A stretch of DNA of 64,000 bases, taken from NCBI GenBank assembly GCA_035593725.1, contig DAOSZN010000008.1:10052-74051 (forward strand), written 5' to 3'. Both the position numbers and the translations under genes were made by a program. This document shows positions 31,961-41,653 of the stretch, piece after piece. How positions within the stretch are numbered: the first letter of the stretch is position 1; every line of letters starts with the position of its first letter. The stretch comes from Bacillota bacterium. GTDB lineage: Bacteria > Bacillota > SHA-98 > UBA4971. A model generated the notes under the pieces. That model was not told the origin of the DNA. It did no database searches and saw nothing but the letters and a program-made list of their open reading frames with translations.

Positions 31961-33244
31961 ATGGTGGCTATTGATACTCCGAACTGGGTCAAGAGTGCAG
32001 TCATTTACGAGGTCTTCCCCAGGAACCATTCTGTCAGCGGGACGTTTATGGACGTATACCGCGATCTCGAAAGGATTAGGAGTCTACATGTAGATATTCT
32101 GTGGCTGATGCCTATTCACCCTGTGGGTATTGTCGGACGCAAAGGAACCATGGGCAGCCCCTATGCTATCCAGGATTACCGCACTATTAACCCGGAACTG
32201 GGCGATGACCGAACCTTCCGGATGCTGATAGATAAAGCGCACTCCCTCGGCATGAAGGTAATGATTGACGTGGTATACAACCACACGTCGCGGGACAGCG
32301 TTCTTCTCAGGGAGCATCCTGAGTGGTTCTTGCAGGACTCGGAGGGCAACTTCACAACTAAGGTGCCTGACTGGTGGGATGTCTACGACCTTGATTACCG
32401 TCAGACTGACCTTTGGACGTATCAAATTGAAACCCTAAAGATGTGGGTTGACTTTGGTGTGGACGGATTTCGTTGTGATGTAGCACCCCTTGTTCCGCTG
32501 GATTTCTGGCTGGCTGCTCGTGACAAGCTCGGACAGGACAAAGAGGTTATTTGGCTTGCGGAAAGCATAGAAAAGTCATTTGTTAAGTACATACGGGATA
32601 TGGGTTACCGAGTGCACGGAGATCCTGAGCTCCACGAGGCCTTTGATTTGACTTACGATTATGATGGGTTCGAATATCTCAAGGATTACTTTCAGGGGAG
32701 GCGTCCACTTACTGACTATCTGAATCACCTGTATATCCAGGAGACACTCTACCCGGAAGGCGCGGTCAAGCTCAGATTTCTGGAAAACCACGACAATCCG
32801 CGCGCGTCTGATGTAATCAGGGGCCGTGACTCTCTGTTAAACTGGACTGTCTTCTGTGCGTTACTCCCGGGGGCAACGCTAATCCATGCCGGGCAGGAAA
32901 TAGGCTTAAGGAGGACTCCGAATCTCTTTGAGAAGGATCCCGTGAAATGGGAAGATGCAGACTATGGACTTATGTCTTTCATGCAGAAGGTGTTAGGATT
33001 TGCCAAAGAAATCAAGGGAACCTGCAAGACTTTTGCAGTCGGGGAACCGGTAGAAGGCGCGGTGAAACTCACCTGGCTCGGTGATGATATAGCTTATGTC
33101 GCCTTGCTTAATCTGGCGAATAAGTACGGGGAGATTCACGTTGAAGGGCTGGATGCGGGAGAGGTCTGCATAGGTGATGCCGGTGACCGGGGGAAGTTTC
33201 GGATGGAGCGTATGCCGGTCCTTGTGAAGATTCCGGCTACGTGA
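31961..33244 (+). CDS. GH13 alpha-amylase family glycosidase (no signal peptide)
   Basis: WLMPIHP, DVVYNH, catalytic GFRCDVA, WLAES, FLENHD. Confidence 0.9.
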   Translation: MVAIDTPNWVKSAVIYEVFPRNHSVSGTFMDVYRDLERIRSLHVDILWLMPIHPVGIVGRKGTMGSPYAIQDYRTINPELGDDRTFRMLIDKAHSLGMKVMIDVVYNHTSRDSVLLREHPEWFLQDSEGNFTTKVPDWWDVYDLDYRQTDLWTYQIETLKMWVDFGVDGFRCDVAPLVPLDFWLAARDKLGQDKEVIWLAESIEKSFVKYIRDMGYRVHGDPELHEAFDLTYDYDGFEYLKDYFQGRRPLTDYLNHLYIQETLYPEGAVKLRFLENHDNPRASDVIRGRDSLLNWTVFCALLPGATLIHAGQEIGLRRTPNLFEKDPVKWEDADYGLMSFMQKVLGFAKEIKGTCKTFAVGEPVEGAVKLTWLGDDIAYVALLNLANKYGEIHVEGLDAGEVCIGDAGDRGKFRMERMPVLVKIPAT

Positions 33245-33304
33245 GTGAGGTTCATCAGACTTTATGACGCAAGACGGATCTTAATGTATAACGACATTTG
33301 TGGG

Positions 33305-33336
33305 GCGCCCTGTTTCAAGAGGGCGCTGTTTTTTAT
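33305..33336 (+). terminator. Intrinsic terminator after GH13 gene
   Basis: GCGCCC-10nt-GGGCGC followed by TGTTTTTTAT. Confidence 0.7.
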
Positions 33337-33673
33337 GGGATTACAGGAGTCATCGGGCCAGGCTGTTTACCGCCCCCCTCCGGCTCAGACAAGAGTTGTG
33401 AGCTTTTTGCTTAAATCCTCACCATCCCTTCTTCGTCTCAGAGCGCTACGATCGTCTAAACCGACATCTCCAGTCATATCTAACCCATGAGAGCAATAAT
33501 CTTAATAAGCATCCTCTGATGAAGAGTACCGGCACTAAATGTACCTAACTATGGGGTTAACCCTGCCAGATATCTCTTTGAGTGAGGAGGGAGGTGATGG
33601 GAGTCGACTTAAAGGTGGAGCTTCATATGTAGATACACGTCGAATCCTAAAAGGAAAGGAGGGTGGATCATAG

Positions 33674-34888
33674 ATGAAACTATGGGTTAAGATTCTCATC
33701 GGTTTTGCTATAGGCGCTGTTGTAGGCCTAATCATAGGTCCGTCCATTGCAGTTGTGAAGCCCTTAGGAGACCTCTTCATAAGACTCATCAAGATGCTCA
33801 TTGTTCCCTTGGTTTTCTGTTCGCTTGTGGTAGGGGCGTCCAGCATTGGTGACCTAAAAAAGCTGGGCCGGGTAGGCGGAAAGACAATTGTTTACTTCCT
33901 AGTCACAACAGCAATAGCCATTACCCTTGCAATCATATTTGCTGTCATCTTTAACCCTGCCGGCGGGTACATCTTCAAACAAGTCGGCGTTTTCGAAGCC
34001 AAACCCATGCCTAAGGCGGCTGACGTCATCTTGAGCCTTGTGCCTACAAACGCTCTTAACGCAATGGTTACAGATAACATGTTGCAGATCATCGTATTTG
34101 CGCTGTTTGTCGGAATAGCGATCTCTCTCATTGGTGAAAAAGGCAAACCAGCTTTTGCTTTCTTTGAGAGTATTGCTGAGATTATGTATAGCATCGTCGG
34201 CATGATAATGAACTTCGCGCCTATCGGTGTATTTGCTCTTATTGCTTGGGTAGTGGGCACAAGTGGAGCGGAGGTGTTGCTTCCCCTTGCTCGAGTGATA
34301 TTCGTGGTATATTTTGTCAATATCCTCCATGCTCTTATTGTCTACTCCGGCGCGGTATATATTTGGGCAAAAATGCGTCCTTCTTACTTCTTCAGAGGAT
34401 TCTTCGAGGCTATGGCAGTGGCGTTCAGCACTTGTTCCAGCTCTGCGACGCTTCCTATATCAATGCATTGTGCCCAGGAAAATCTCGGCGTGTCCAAAGA
34501 AATATCCAGCTTCGTCCAACCATTGGGCGCTACTATCAACATGGACGGGACCGCTATTTATCAAGGTGTATGCGCTGTGTTCATAGCAGGGGTTTTCGGC
34601 ATAAAGCTGGGTCTTTCTCAGTACCTGATGATCATTGTCGCTGCGACCTTAGCTTCTATCGGGACAGCAGGAGTGCCCGGCGCAGGAATGATCATGCTCA
34701 GTATGGTGCTGGAAGTCGTAGGGCTACCCCTTGAAGGGATACTGCTTGTGGCAGGTATAGACAGGATCCTCGATATGATTAGGACCTGCATGAACGTGAC
34801 CGGGGATGCTGCAGGGGCTGTGGTGATAGCAGCCAGTGAAGGTGAGCTTACTAGGGTCGTCCCGAAGTTGGAGCCTACCGGCAAGTAA
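33674..34888 (+). CDS. Dicarboxylate/amino acid:cation symporter (DAACS)
   Basis: FIRLIKMLIVPLVF, AFSTCSSSATLP, PLGATINMDGT, DRILDMIRT..NVTGD. Confidence 0.93.
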   Translation: MKLWVKILIGFAIGAVVGLIIGPSIAVVKPLGDLFIRLIKMLIVPLVFCSLVVGASSIGDLKKLGRVGGKTIVYFLVTTAIAITLAIIFAVIFNPAGGYIFKQVGVFEAKPMPKAADVILSLVPTNALNAMVTDNMLQIIVFALFVGIAISLIGEKGKPAFAFFESIAEIMYSIVGMIMNFAPIGVFALIAWVVGTSGAEVLLPLARVIFVVYFVNILHALIVYSGAVYIWAKMRPSYFFRGFFEAMAVAFSTCSSSATLPISMHCAQENLGVSKEISSFVQPLGATINMDGTAIYQGVCAVFIAGVFGIKLGLSQYLMIIVAATLASIGTAGVPGAGMIMLSMVLEVVGLPLEGILLVAGIDRILDMIRTCMNVTGDAAGAVVIAASEGELTRVVPKLEPTGK

Positions 34889-34902
34889 CATAGATATAGT
34901 TT

Positions 34903-34955
34903 AGAAGGCAGGATTTCGAGGATCCGAAAAAGGACTCTCTGATCCTGCCTTTTCT
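34903..34955. terminator. Bidirectional hairpin between convergent symporter and lipoprotein genes
   Basis: AAGGCAGGAT ... ATCCTGCCTT inverted repeat with T-run on the + side. Confidence 0.6.
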
Positions 34956-34973
34956 TGGAGTGTCATACAAGGC

Positions 34974-35801
34974 CTATCTCAGCGATATGTCGAGTGATAT
35001 AAGCTTTAATTCATTATCAATCCATTTCCACAGAGGTCTTGCAATTCCAATGGAATTGGCGTGGTACACAACCCATATGCTGTGATAACCAACAAGTTCT
35101 GAGATTCCGTCTCCGTCAATATCCCTAAGCTCAATCATTCCCGAAGGATCTACGAAGCCTTCTTCAGGTTCAAGGAGCTTGCCGGACGGGGAGTAGATAT
35201 CCTTATAGACTTCTGACAACGTGTCTTCGGAAGATGGAAGTTTCTTGAGATCAAGAAGACACACCTTATCCAACTCGCCATTCTTGACTTTGACTATGAA
35301 ATCATCCATGAGTGAAATCTGAAAATGTAGGCCTTCAGTTAGCACATCAGGTCCTGCTAGGATTGTCGGTTCCCCTTCAGCGCAGGATATGAGATAGTAG
35401 TTAATGATCCCTCCGGATCCGCCTGTCGGAAGGCTTACCAGGATGTCTTGTGCTATCGTTGTGCTCACCTTCCCAAGAATCAGCTCGCCTTCATATCCGC
35501 CGCTGTCCTCTCCCAGGGACAGAGTGGTTTGTCCTAATGAAGCACAGTCAATAAGCACTATCTGGTGCTCTTTTGAATAATAAGAGTCAGGCGCATACTT
35601 CTGTCCTATGAGAACCACTACATCGCAAATGCCGTCACCGGTAACATCCCCGACTGCGACATCCTCTATTTGATAATCCGGAGGCAACTCTGGTTTTTGA
35701 TACTCACCCTTGTTGCCGGGTGTGACTGCTTCACTGCAGGCGGTTAAAGCAATACATGCCAGAATCATTAGCATAGCTGTAATAAAGAGTGTCTTTTTCA
35801 T
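34974..35801 (-). CDS. Lipoprotein with FG-GAP/VCBS-like DxxGDG motifs
   Basis: Signal MKKTLFITAMLMILACIALTAC (lipobox LTAC); GDVTGDGICD and RDIDGDGISE; PTGGSGG; ATG 35801. Confidence 0.7.
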   Translation of the reverse strand: MKKTLFITAMLMILACIALTACSEAVTPGNKGEYQKPELPPDYQIEDVAVGDVTGDGICDVVVLIGQKYAPDSYYSKEHQIVLIDCASLGQTTLSLGEDSGGYEGELILGKVSTTIAQDILVSLPTGGSGGIINYYLISCAEGEPTILAGPDVLTEGLHFQISLMDDFIVKVKNGELDKVCLLDLKKLPSSEDTLSEVYKDIYSPSGKLLEPEEGFVDPSGMIELRDIDGDGISELVGYHSIWVVYHANSIGIARPLWKWIDNELKLISLDISLR

Positions 35802-36209
35802 TAATAGGTCACCTTCTACCTGACAATCTTTGGAGTAGTTGAGAACTCTGAAACACAATTCGAAAAGACCTGTAAGTACAAGTTTATACTATTTTGTCTC
35901 TTGACGCATGGGTAGGTTCTTCTAGATTAGGTTAATCTACGAAGCCTTTCGAGGGGATGAAAACTAGGAGGAGTCACGTTAACTCAACTCCTTGTTTTCG
36001 AGCTTTCGCAAGAAGACTTGGACAAGCGTCTTCAGCCAATACAACTTCTATTCCAGCGAAGTGGGATTCGGCGTATCAATATGCGTGGCTCAGTCGTAAA
36101 CTCGACTGCTTTGCCGTCGCGAGGTCATTCATAGTATACTGAAAGTGCCGATTCTGACTGTGGTTAAGCTTAGGTATTCCCTGATGAGATCGGAGAGGAA
36201 GAGCTTTAA

Positions 36210-36824
36210 ATGGACTTGGAACTCATATTGTTTGACGCTGACAGAACCTTATTTGACTATGACAGAGCGGAGAACGATGCTCTAAGGGATACGTTTTCGA
36301 GGGAGCTTGAGAAAGGGAAAATCACCACATGCCAGCTGCGTATTGAGAGGTTCAGGAGGCTGTTTGACGGACAGATGTCTGACACTGACCTTGCGGAGTT
36401 TAGTAGGCTGTATTTGATCAATCTCTCAAAGGGAAGCTGTTTACTTGATGGAACTGAAGAAGTCTGCCGACATCTTGCGAATAGATATCGCCTTGCCATA
36501 GTGACGAATGGAATCCGTGAAGTCCAGTTGGCCAGGGTCAAAGGTTCGCCTGTTGAGCCTTTCATTGAACAGGTGATTATCTCTGAAGACGCCGGATACA
36601 GCAAGCCTCATCCCGGTATTTTCGACTACGCTTTCCGCATTCTGGGACATAGCAACAAAGAGACCGTCCTCATGGTAGGAGATTCCCTGAGCTCTGATAT
36701 TGCGGGGGGAATCGGATTCGGAATTAAGACATGCTGGTACAATCCTGCTAAGAGTCCCGTCCTGCCGGGACTGGAACCCGACTACGAAATAACTGACTTA
36801 AGGGAGTTACTAACGCTCCTATAA
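36210..36824 (+). CDS. YjjG-family HAD nucleotidase with apparent internal cap deletion
   Basis: FDADRT, IVTNG, KPHPGIF, MVGDSLSSDIAGG; ~20-25 residues shorter than typical family members. Confidence 0.8.
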   Translation: MDLELILFDADRTLFDYDRAENDALRDTFSRELEKGKITTCQLRIERFRRLFDGQMSDTDLAEFSRLYLINLSKGSCLLDGTEEVCRHLANRYRLAIVTNGIREVQLARVKGSPVEPFIEQVIISEDAGYSKPHPGIFDYAFRILGHSNKETVLMVGDSLSSDIAGGIGFGIKTCWYNPAKSPVLPGLEPDYEITDLRELLTLL

Positions 36825-36929
36825 GTAGCACAATTCTATGCTTTAGGGTATTGGTATCGTAGCGCCGGCCCGGTATTGTAACACTGATATAGTGCAGATC
36901 ACCAAAGATCGTCAATATGCATAGTTATG

Positions 36930-38075
36930 TCATTTGCTTATTCCTTCGAAAAGCGCTTTCGCCTCCTTGAGGTGGTGAGTAATGGGCAAGTGTTGAGGGC
37001 ATAGGTCTTCGCACTTCTTGCACTCGATGCAAGCTTCAGGGTCTGCATTTACCTTTTTCAGGTACTCATAGTTTTCGCGGAATGAATCCTTTGCCCCGTA
37101 TGCGAAGAAGTCATTACAGAGCGAGAAAACATCGGGAATAGCCACATTATTAGGGCAGGGGACACAGTAGTTGCATTCAGTGCACGGTATCTTGATACGA
37201 TCTTTATATATGGATTTTACTTGAGCAAAGAGATGGAAATCATCATCAGTTAGGGAATTTGGCCGGGCATCATTAGCTATACGGACGTTCTCCATGACTT
37301 GGTCCATAGAACTCATGCCACTGAGGACGCAAGAGACCTCAGGATGATTCCATACCCATCTGAGCCCCCATTCAGCAGGGCTTCGTTTGACCTTTGCCTG
37401 ATCCCATACAGCCTGCACATCGCGAGGCACGTTCTTTGTAAGTTTCCCGCCACGGAGAGGTTCCATGATTACGACACCGAGACCTTTTGAAGCTGCGTAC
37501 TTCATACCGGAAAGGCCTGCCTGGTAGTAATCATCCACATAGTTCAAATGAATCAATGTAAGTGTCCACTCATATGCATCGACAATCTCGCGGAACACGT
37601 CAAAAGTGTCATGGAATGAAAACCCTATATGCCTAATCAGACCTCGGGTACGAGCATTATCCATACAGTCTAAGACCTTTAGCTTTTTCGCTTTATCCCA
37701 AAGTTCCTTATTCAGGGAGTGCAAGAGATAGAAGTCTATATAGTGAGTTCTTAGTCTCTCCAACTGCTCAGACAAATACTTGTCAAAATCACGGGGGGAC
37801 TCCAAGAGCCAGACAGGACACTTCGTAGTAAGGAAGACTTTTTCGCGGTATCCGTCTGCCAAGGCCTTCCCCACAGCAATCTCTCCTTGGCGACCATGAT
37901 AGTTGTACGCTGTGTCTATGTAGTTTACACCATTATCAATGGCGTATCGAATCATGCGGCAAGCTTCGCTTTCATTGACACCGGCATCACCGTTCTTTGA
38001 TACAGGCAGTCTCATGCAACCGAATCCCAAGGCTGAGACACTAAGACCTGAGTTGCCTAATTCCCTATATTGCAC
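36930..38075 (-). CDS. Aldo/keto reductase with C-terminal 4Fe-4S dicluster domain
   Basis: LGFGCMRLP, NYIDTAYNY, YIDFYLLH, IMEPLRGG; CTECNYCVPCP and CIECKKCEDLCP; GTG 38075 after GGAGGG. Confidence 0.9.
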   Translation of the reverse strand: MQYRELGNSGLSVSALGFGCMRLPVSKNGDAGVNESEACRMIRYAIDNGVNYIDTAYNYHGRQGEIAVGKALADGYREKVFLTTKCPVWLLESPRDFDKYLSEQLERLRTHYIDFYLLHSLNKELWDKAKKLKVLDCMDNARTRGLIRHIGFSFHDTFDVFREIVDAYEWTLTLIHLNYVDDYYQAGLSGMKYAASKGLGVVIMEPLRGGKLTKNVPRDVQAVWDQAKVKRSPAEWGLRWVWNHPEVSCVLSGMSSMDQVMENVRIANDARPNSLTDDDFHLFAQVKSIYKDRIKIPCTECNYCVPCPNNVAIPDVFSLCNDFFAYGAKDSFRENYEYLKKVNADPEACIECKKCEDLCPQHLPITHHLKEAKALFEGISK

Positions 38076-38091
38076 AGTTATCCCTCCATCT

Positions 38092-39477
38092 CTAAGGTTC
38101 AGTCTGAACAGGGACACCGTAAGGCCCGTCTTTTAGGAAAGCGATAGAAGGTTCGCGTCCCATCGCTTTATATTTCCTTACTGCTTCAGCCACTGCAAGC
38201 TCCACCATGTCCTTTACATCATCAAGATTCCCGGAATAACGGCGATCGGCAGAAAGGAGCAGGTTACCGTCAGCGCCCGGCAGAATCGCTGCATCTTCTT
38301 GAGAAATATGCGGCGCGCAATACGTAAAGTTTTCCATAGGGATTCTGGCAAACACCTTTGACCACATTTGCACCTGCCATTGCTCAGGGATGAAGTTCCA
38401 GTCCTCGCTTGTTATAAGGCGCATGTAATTCCTCGCGCCGTTTAGTGTCAGCAAGTGAATAAGAGTGCGATAGTAGGCGCTTCCCACAGGATCCTTGTCC
38501 ACGTTATTGGCAGCCATTATCAGGTTTGCCCCGGGCTTCAGGGCCGGTATGGCTACCACCCCGGCCTTAGCTGCTTGGTAGTGATTGATTCCGACAAATC
38601 CCGCATGGGTCACGACAATGTCGTATGCCTGATCTAACGATATAGTCACATATTCGCGTATTCTCTCTACAGCTTTAATGTGCGCAGCCTCGAGATCCCC
38701 GGCGTAGACTCCTGTAAGCCTGAACTCATCATCTAAAGTCACATTGACAATGAAATCGACCCCGGCCATCTTCGCGATTTCAACGGCTTCTTCATGGCAA
38801 GGGTTTCCGTCAAGGACCAGGTCAGAAGAGCAAGGCGATGAAAGAAACTCCGGTCCATGGAATATGTAGGTGCTATCCTCTCCGATGAGGCCAGGGCAAA
38901 CCGCTTTTCTGCCTCCGGAGGCTCCGGCCATGAAGTGACTTTCAACGAGACCGGTGAGGATTCTTATGTCAGATTCAACATATAACTTATTGATGAAGAC
39001 CTTCGTTCCGCGGGAGGTGACACCTAGGAACCGGAGATTAGATTCATCCCTGCAATCATGGCACACAATCGTTATTGATCTTTCGAACACGGAAGGATCA
39101 AGCATAGCTTCGAGTTCATCTTGGGAGAGTTCTCTATGGGTGCCTGTAGCGACAATGATTGTTATATGCCGAGGGTTTACTCCAAATTCAATCAGAGCGT
39201 CGATTATTGGGGAGAGGATTCCTGAATCCCCGGTATACGGTACCGGCCGAGTATTATCAGATATTACTACCGCAGCAGTTAAGTCTCGGGCGGGTTTTCC
39301 TTTTCCTATGATAATCTCTGAAAGCCCGGGGGATCCTATAGGGCTGCTTATGGCTTTAAGAATCGCGTCTTTCGGGTCAGCAATTGGTGTGGGTTTCGAC
39401 ATCGCAAGACAGTGAGTTCCTTCAGGCAACCGGATTTCAACGGCTTGACCTCCAAATCCCATGGAGAATTTCGGCAT
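38092..39477 (-). CDS. LarA-family (DUF2088) nickel-pincer-nucleotide-dependent racemase/epimerase homolog
   Basis: SDNTRPVP, VATGTHR, ESHFMAGASGGRKAVCPG, GLIG...FHG, LDGNPCHEE; ATG 39477 after GAGGTG. Confidence 0.88.
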   Translation of the reverse strand: MPKFSMGFGGQAVEIRLPEGTHCLAMSKPTPIADPKDAILKAISSPIGSPGLSEIIIGKGKPARDLTAAVVISDNTRPVPYTGDSGILSPIIDALIEFGVNPRHITIIVATGTHRELSQDELEAMLDPSVFERSITIVCHDCRDESNLRFLGVTSRGTKVFINKLYVESDIRILTGLVESHFMAGASGGRKAVCPGLIGEDSTYIFHGPEFLSSPCSSDLVLDGNPCHEEAVEIAKMAGVDFIVNVTLDDEFRLTGVYAGDLEAAHIKAVERIREYVTISLDQAYDIVVTHAGFVGINHYQAAKAGVVAIPALKPGANLIMAANNVDKDPVGSAYYRTLIHLLTLNGARNYMRLITSEDWNFIPEQWQVQMWSKVFARIPMENFTYCAPHISQEDAAILPGADGNLLLSADRRYSGNLDDVKDMVELAVAEAVRKYKAMGREPSIAFLKDGPYGVPVQTEP

Positions 39478-39682
39478 GCGTAAACACCTCATATTGCTAT
39501 AGATTATGGGAAATATAACAGAATATGATACTGCTATATTATAACATACTCTTACAGGCGTATCCTACGACCGCATTTCCTTGATGTTTGGCCTGTTCCT
39601 CATAGAGGCTTTATGCGAGACAACATCCGGTGAGGAAGAGGTTCAGCAAGGGAGGGGCATATACACTGATGACAGAGAAACC

Positions 39683-39718
39683 GGAGTAATCCCTTCGGAT
39701 TTGAACAGAGATTACTCC
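39683..39718 (-). terminator. Probable terminator after the sugar ABC operon
   Basis: GGAGTAATC ... GATTACTCC 9-bp inverted repeat just past the ATPase stop. Confidence 0.55.
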
Positions 39719-39747
39719 GTCTCGTTTCCCTCGATTATGCTTAGGTG

Positions 39748-40551
39748 TCATGTGGCAGTGTTCTTTAAACTTCTTCTGTCGCCTTCAATACCATGGACAA
39801 TTATGTCCATCAGTTCTTCAACACTGGTGTCTTCTTTACGGAAATCTCCCACTTTTTGTCCGTGTTCTAGCACGACTATTTTATCAGCTACAGGGTACAC
39901 GTGATACAAGTTGTGGGTTATGAAGATAACTGCAAGACCACGGTTCCTGGCTTCATTAATATAGCTTAAGACTTTATTTGTCTCATGTACTGACAGGGCG
40001 GAAGTAGGTTCATCAAGGATAAGAAGCTTTCCGCCGAAGTGCATCGTTCTGCCGATTGCGATTGCTTGACGTTCCCCACCGGAGAGGGTGGATACTTCTT
40101 GGTGAGCTGTTCTCACAGTGATCCCAATATCCTTAAGCATTTCTTCGGTGTCTTCGCGCATTTTGTGAGTATCAAGTAAATTGAATGGGCCTATTCTCTT
40201 TCGTGGTTCTGCGCCGAGAAAGAAATTCCTGGCGATACTCATGGTTTCGACAAGGGCCAGATCCTGGTACACAGTTTCAATTCCCAGTTTTCTGGCGTCC
40301 CTGGGTGAATCAAGCTCGACTTTGCGTCCTTCGAACCGGAGTTCACCTGAGTCAGGTTTGTAAACACCTGATAGGATTTTGATGAGCGTGGATTTGCCGG
40401 CGCCGTTATCACCTACCAATCCAACAACTTCTCCGCGTTCAAGCGTGATATCCACATCCTTCAAAGCTGCTACACGACCGAACCACTTGCACAGCTTCTT
40501 TCCTTCCATGACCGGCGTATCGCTTGGATGTGATCTCGCTACTTGCTCCAT
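39748..40551 (-). CDS. Monosaccharide/polyol ABC transporter ATP-binding protein (single NBD)
   Basis: GDNGAGKSTLIK, GIETVYQDLAL, LSGGERQAIAI, ILDEPTSAL. Confidence 0.92.
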   Translation of the reverse strand: MEQVARSHPSDTPVMEGKKLCKWFGRVAALKDVDITLERGEVVGLVGDNGAGKSTLIKILSGVYKPDSGELRFEGRKVELDSPRDARKLGIETVYQDLALVETMSIARNFFLGAEPRKRIGPFNLLDTHKMREDTEEMLKDIGITVRTAHQEVSTLSGGERQAIAIGRTMHFGGKLLILDEPTSALSVHETNKVLSYINEARNRGLAVIFITHNLYHVYPVADKIVVLEHGQKVGDFRKEDTSVEELMDIIVHGIEGDRRSLKNTAT

Positions 40552-41573
40552 GAGATCACCTCCCCAAGCATGACATTGAGGGCAACGGCAGCTACGACAA
40601 TGAATCCGACGAAGGACATGTACCAGTATGCAGGAGCGCCAATCATGACAAGCCCGATTCTGATAGATGCCATGGTAATCGCGCCGAGCATAGTTCCGAG
40701 TATGCTCCCGACTCCTCCGTTTAGCGAGTTGCCGCCAATGACTGACGCTGCGATGGCCTCAAGTGCAAGGTCCTGACCCCATACAGGCGACATAGAACCC
40801 ATTCTCCCTAATTGAAAACAACCGCCGAGGCCGGCCAAAAGGCCGATGAGAGTAAAGTTTATCAACTTGACTTTAACGTCAGGCACTCCCAAAGCCCGGG
40901 CAGCCCCGCGCTTGCCCCCGGTCGCAAACACCCAGTTCCCGTAGGGAGTTTTCTGGAGTATTATCCAGAATAAAACCCCGATAGCAAGCCACCATATTGC
41001 TGAGATGTGAACTGTGGATACGATCCTGTCTCCCCCTAACCATCCAAGCAGCGGAATATTCTCAAAAATACTGATTGGCCAGCCTTGGGTCAGGTAAAGC
41101 GCGACCCCTCTCCAGAACATCATTGCGCCTAAGGTTGTAATGAACGATGGTATCCTTGCGTACAAGGTGACTAATCCATTCAAAGCGCCTATGCCGGCTG
41201 AACATGATATTGCGAAGATAAAGGCCAAGATCGGGTTCCAGTTTTGCTTTGTGATAAGCATGGCAAGGATCATGCCGCCCAGCGCGAAGTTTGATCCTAC
41301 AGACAGGTCCATTTCTCCTGAAATCATGAGGAAGCTGGCTCCGACAGCGACAACTCCAAGCTCTGCAGCGATTGTCACGATATCTCCAAGTGTGCCCGGA
41401 TTCAGGAATTCCCTCTTCATAGAGAAGAATACGCTGAATACGACGATCAGGGCACAAGCAACGCCTACTTCGCGATGATGCAATAAGGCTTTCCAAAAAG
41501 AGGGTTTTTGAGACTTCTCAGAATCCGGCACGGTACAGGATTGAGATATAGGCGAGGACCCTTTTTCATCCAT
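40539..41573 (-). CDS. Monosaccharide/polyol ABC transporter permease (RbsC type)
   Basis: SGEMDLSVGS, IPSFITTLG, FATGG..GAARALGVP, LEAIAASVIGGNSLNGGVGS. Confidence 0.92.
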   Translation of the reverse strand: MDEKGSSPISQSCTVPDSEKSQKPSFWKALLHHREVGVACALIVVFSVFFSMKREFLNPGTLGDIVTIAAELGVVAVGASFLMISGEMDLSVGSNFALGGMILAMLITKQNWNPILAFIFAISCSAGIGALNGLVTLYARIPSFITTLGAMMFWRGVALYLTQGWPISIFENIPLLGWLGGDRIVSTVHISAIWWLAIGVLFWIILQKTPYGNWVFATGGKRGAARALGVPDVKVKLINFTLIGLLAGLGGCFQLGRMGSMSPVWGQDLALEAIAASVIGGNSLNGGVGSILGTMLGAITMASIRIGLVMIGAPAYWYMSFVGFIVVAAVALNVMLGEVISWSK

Positions 41574-41601
41574 TACGCTCCCTCCTTTATGCCAATCCGA
41601 G

Positions 41602-41631
41602 ACGTGGGTGGGGGATATCCCCCACCCACGT
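41602..41631. repeat. Perfect 30-bp palindrome between binding-protein and permease genes
   Basis: ACGTGGGTGGGGGAT|ATCCCCCACCCACGT, no mismatch, no spacer. Confidence 0.85.
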
Positions 41632-41653
41632 AAAGTGTAATACCTACTGCTGT

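Noticed and set aside
33516-33620. CTGATGA (hammerhead core) and AAAGGTGGAGC (T-box-like) in the symporter leader
   Set aside because: No stem II/GAAA for a hammerhead; T-box consensus, specifier loop and terminator are absent.
35957-36142. 61-aa ORF and an alternative open frame after an AGGAGGA site
   Set aside because: No recognisable homology or valid start for the alternative frame; possible remnant but unsupported.
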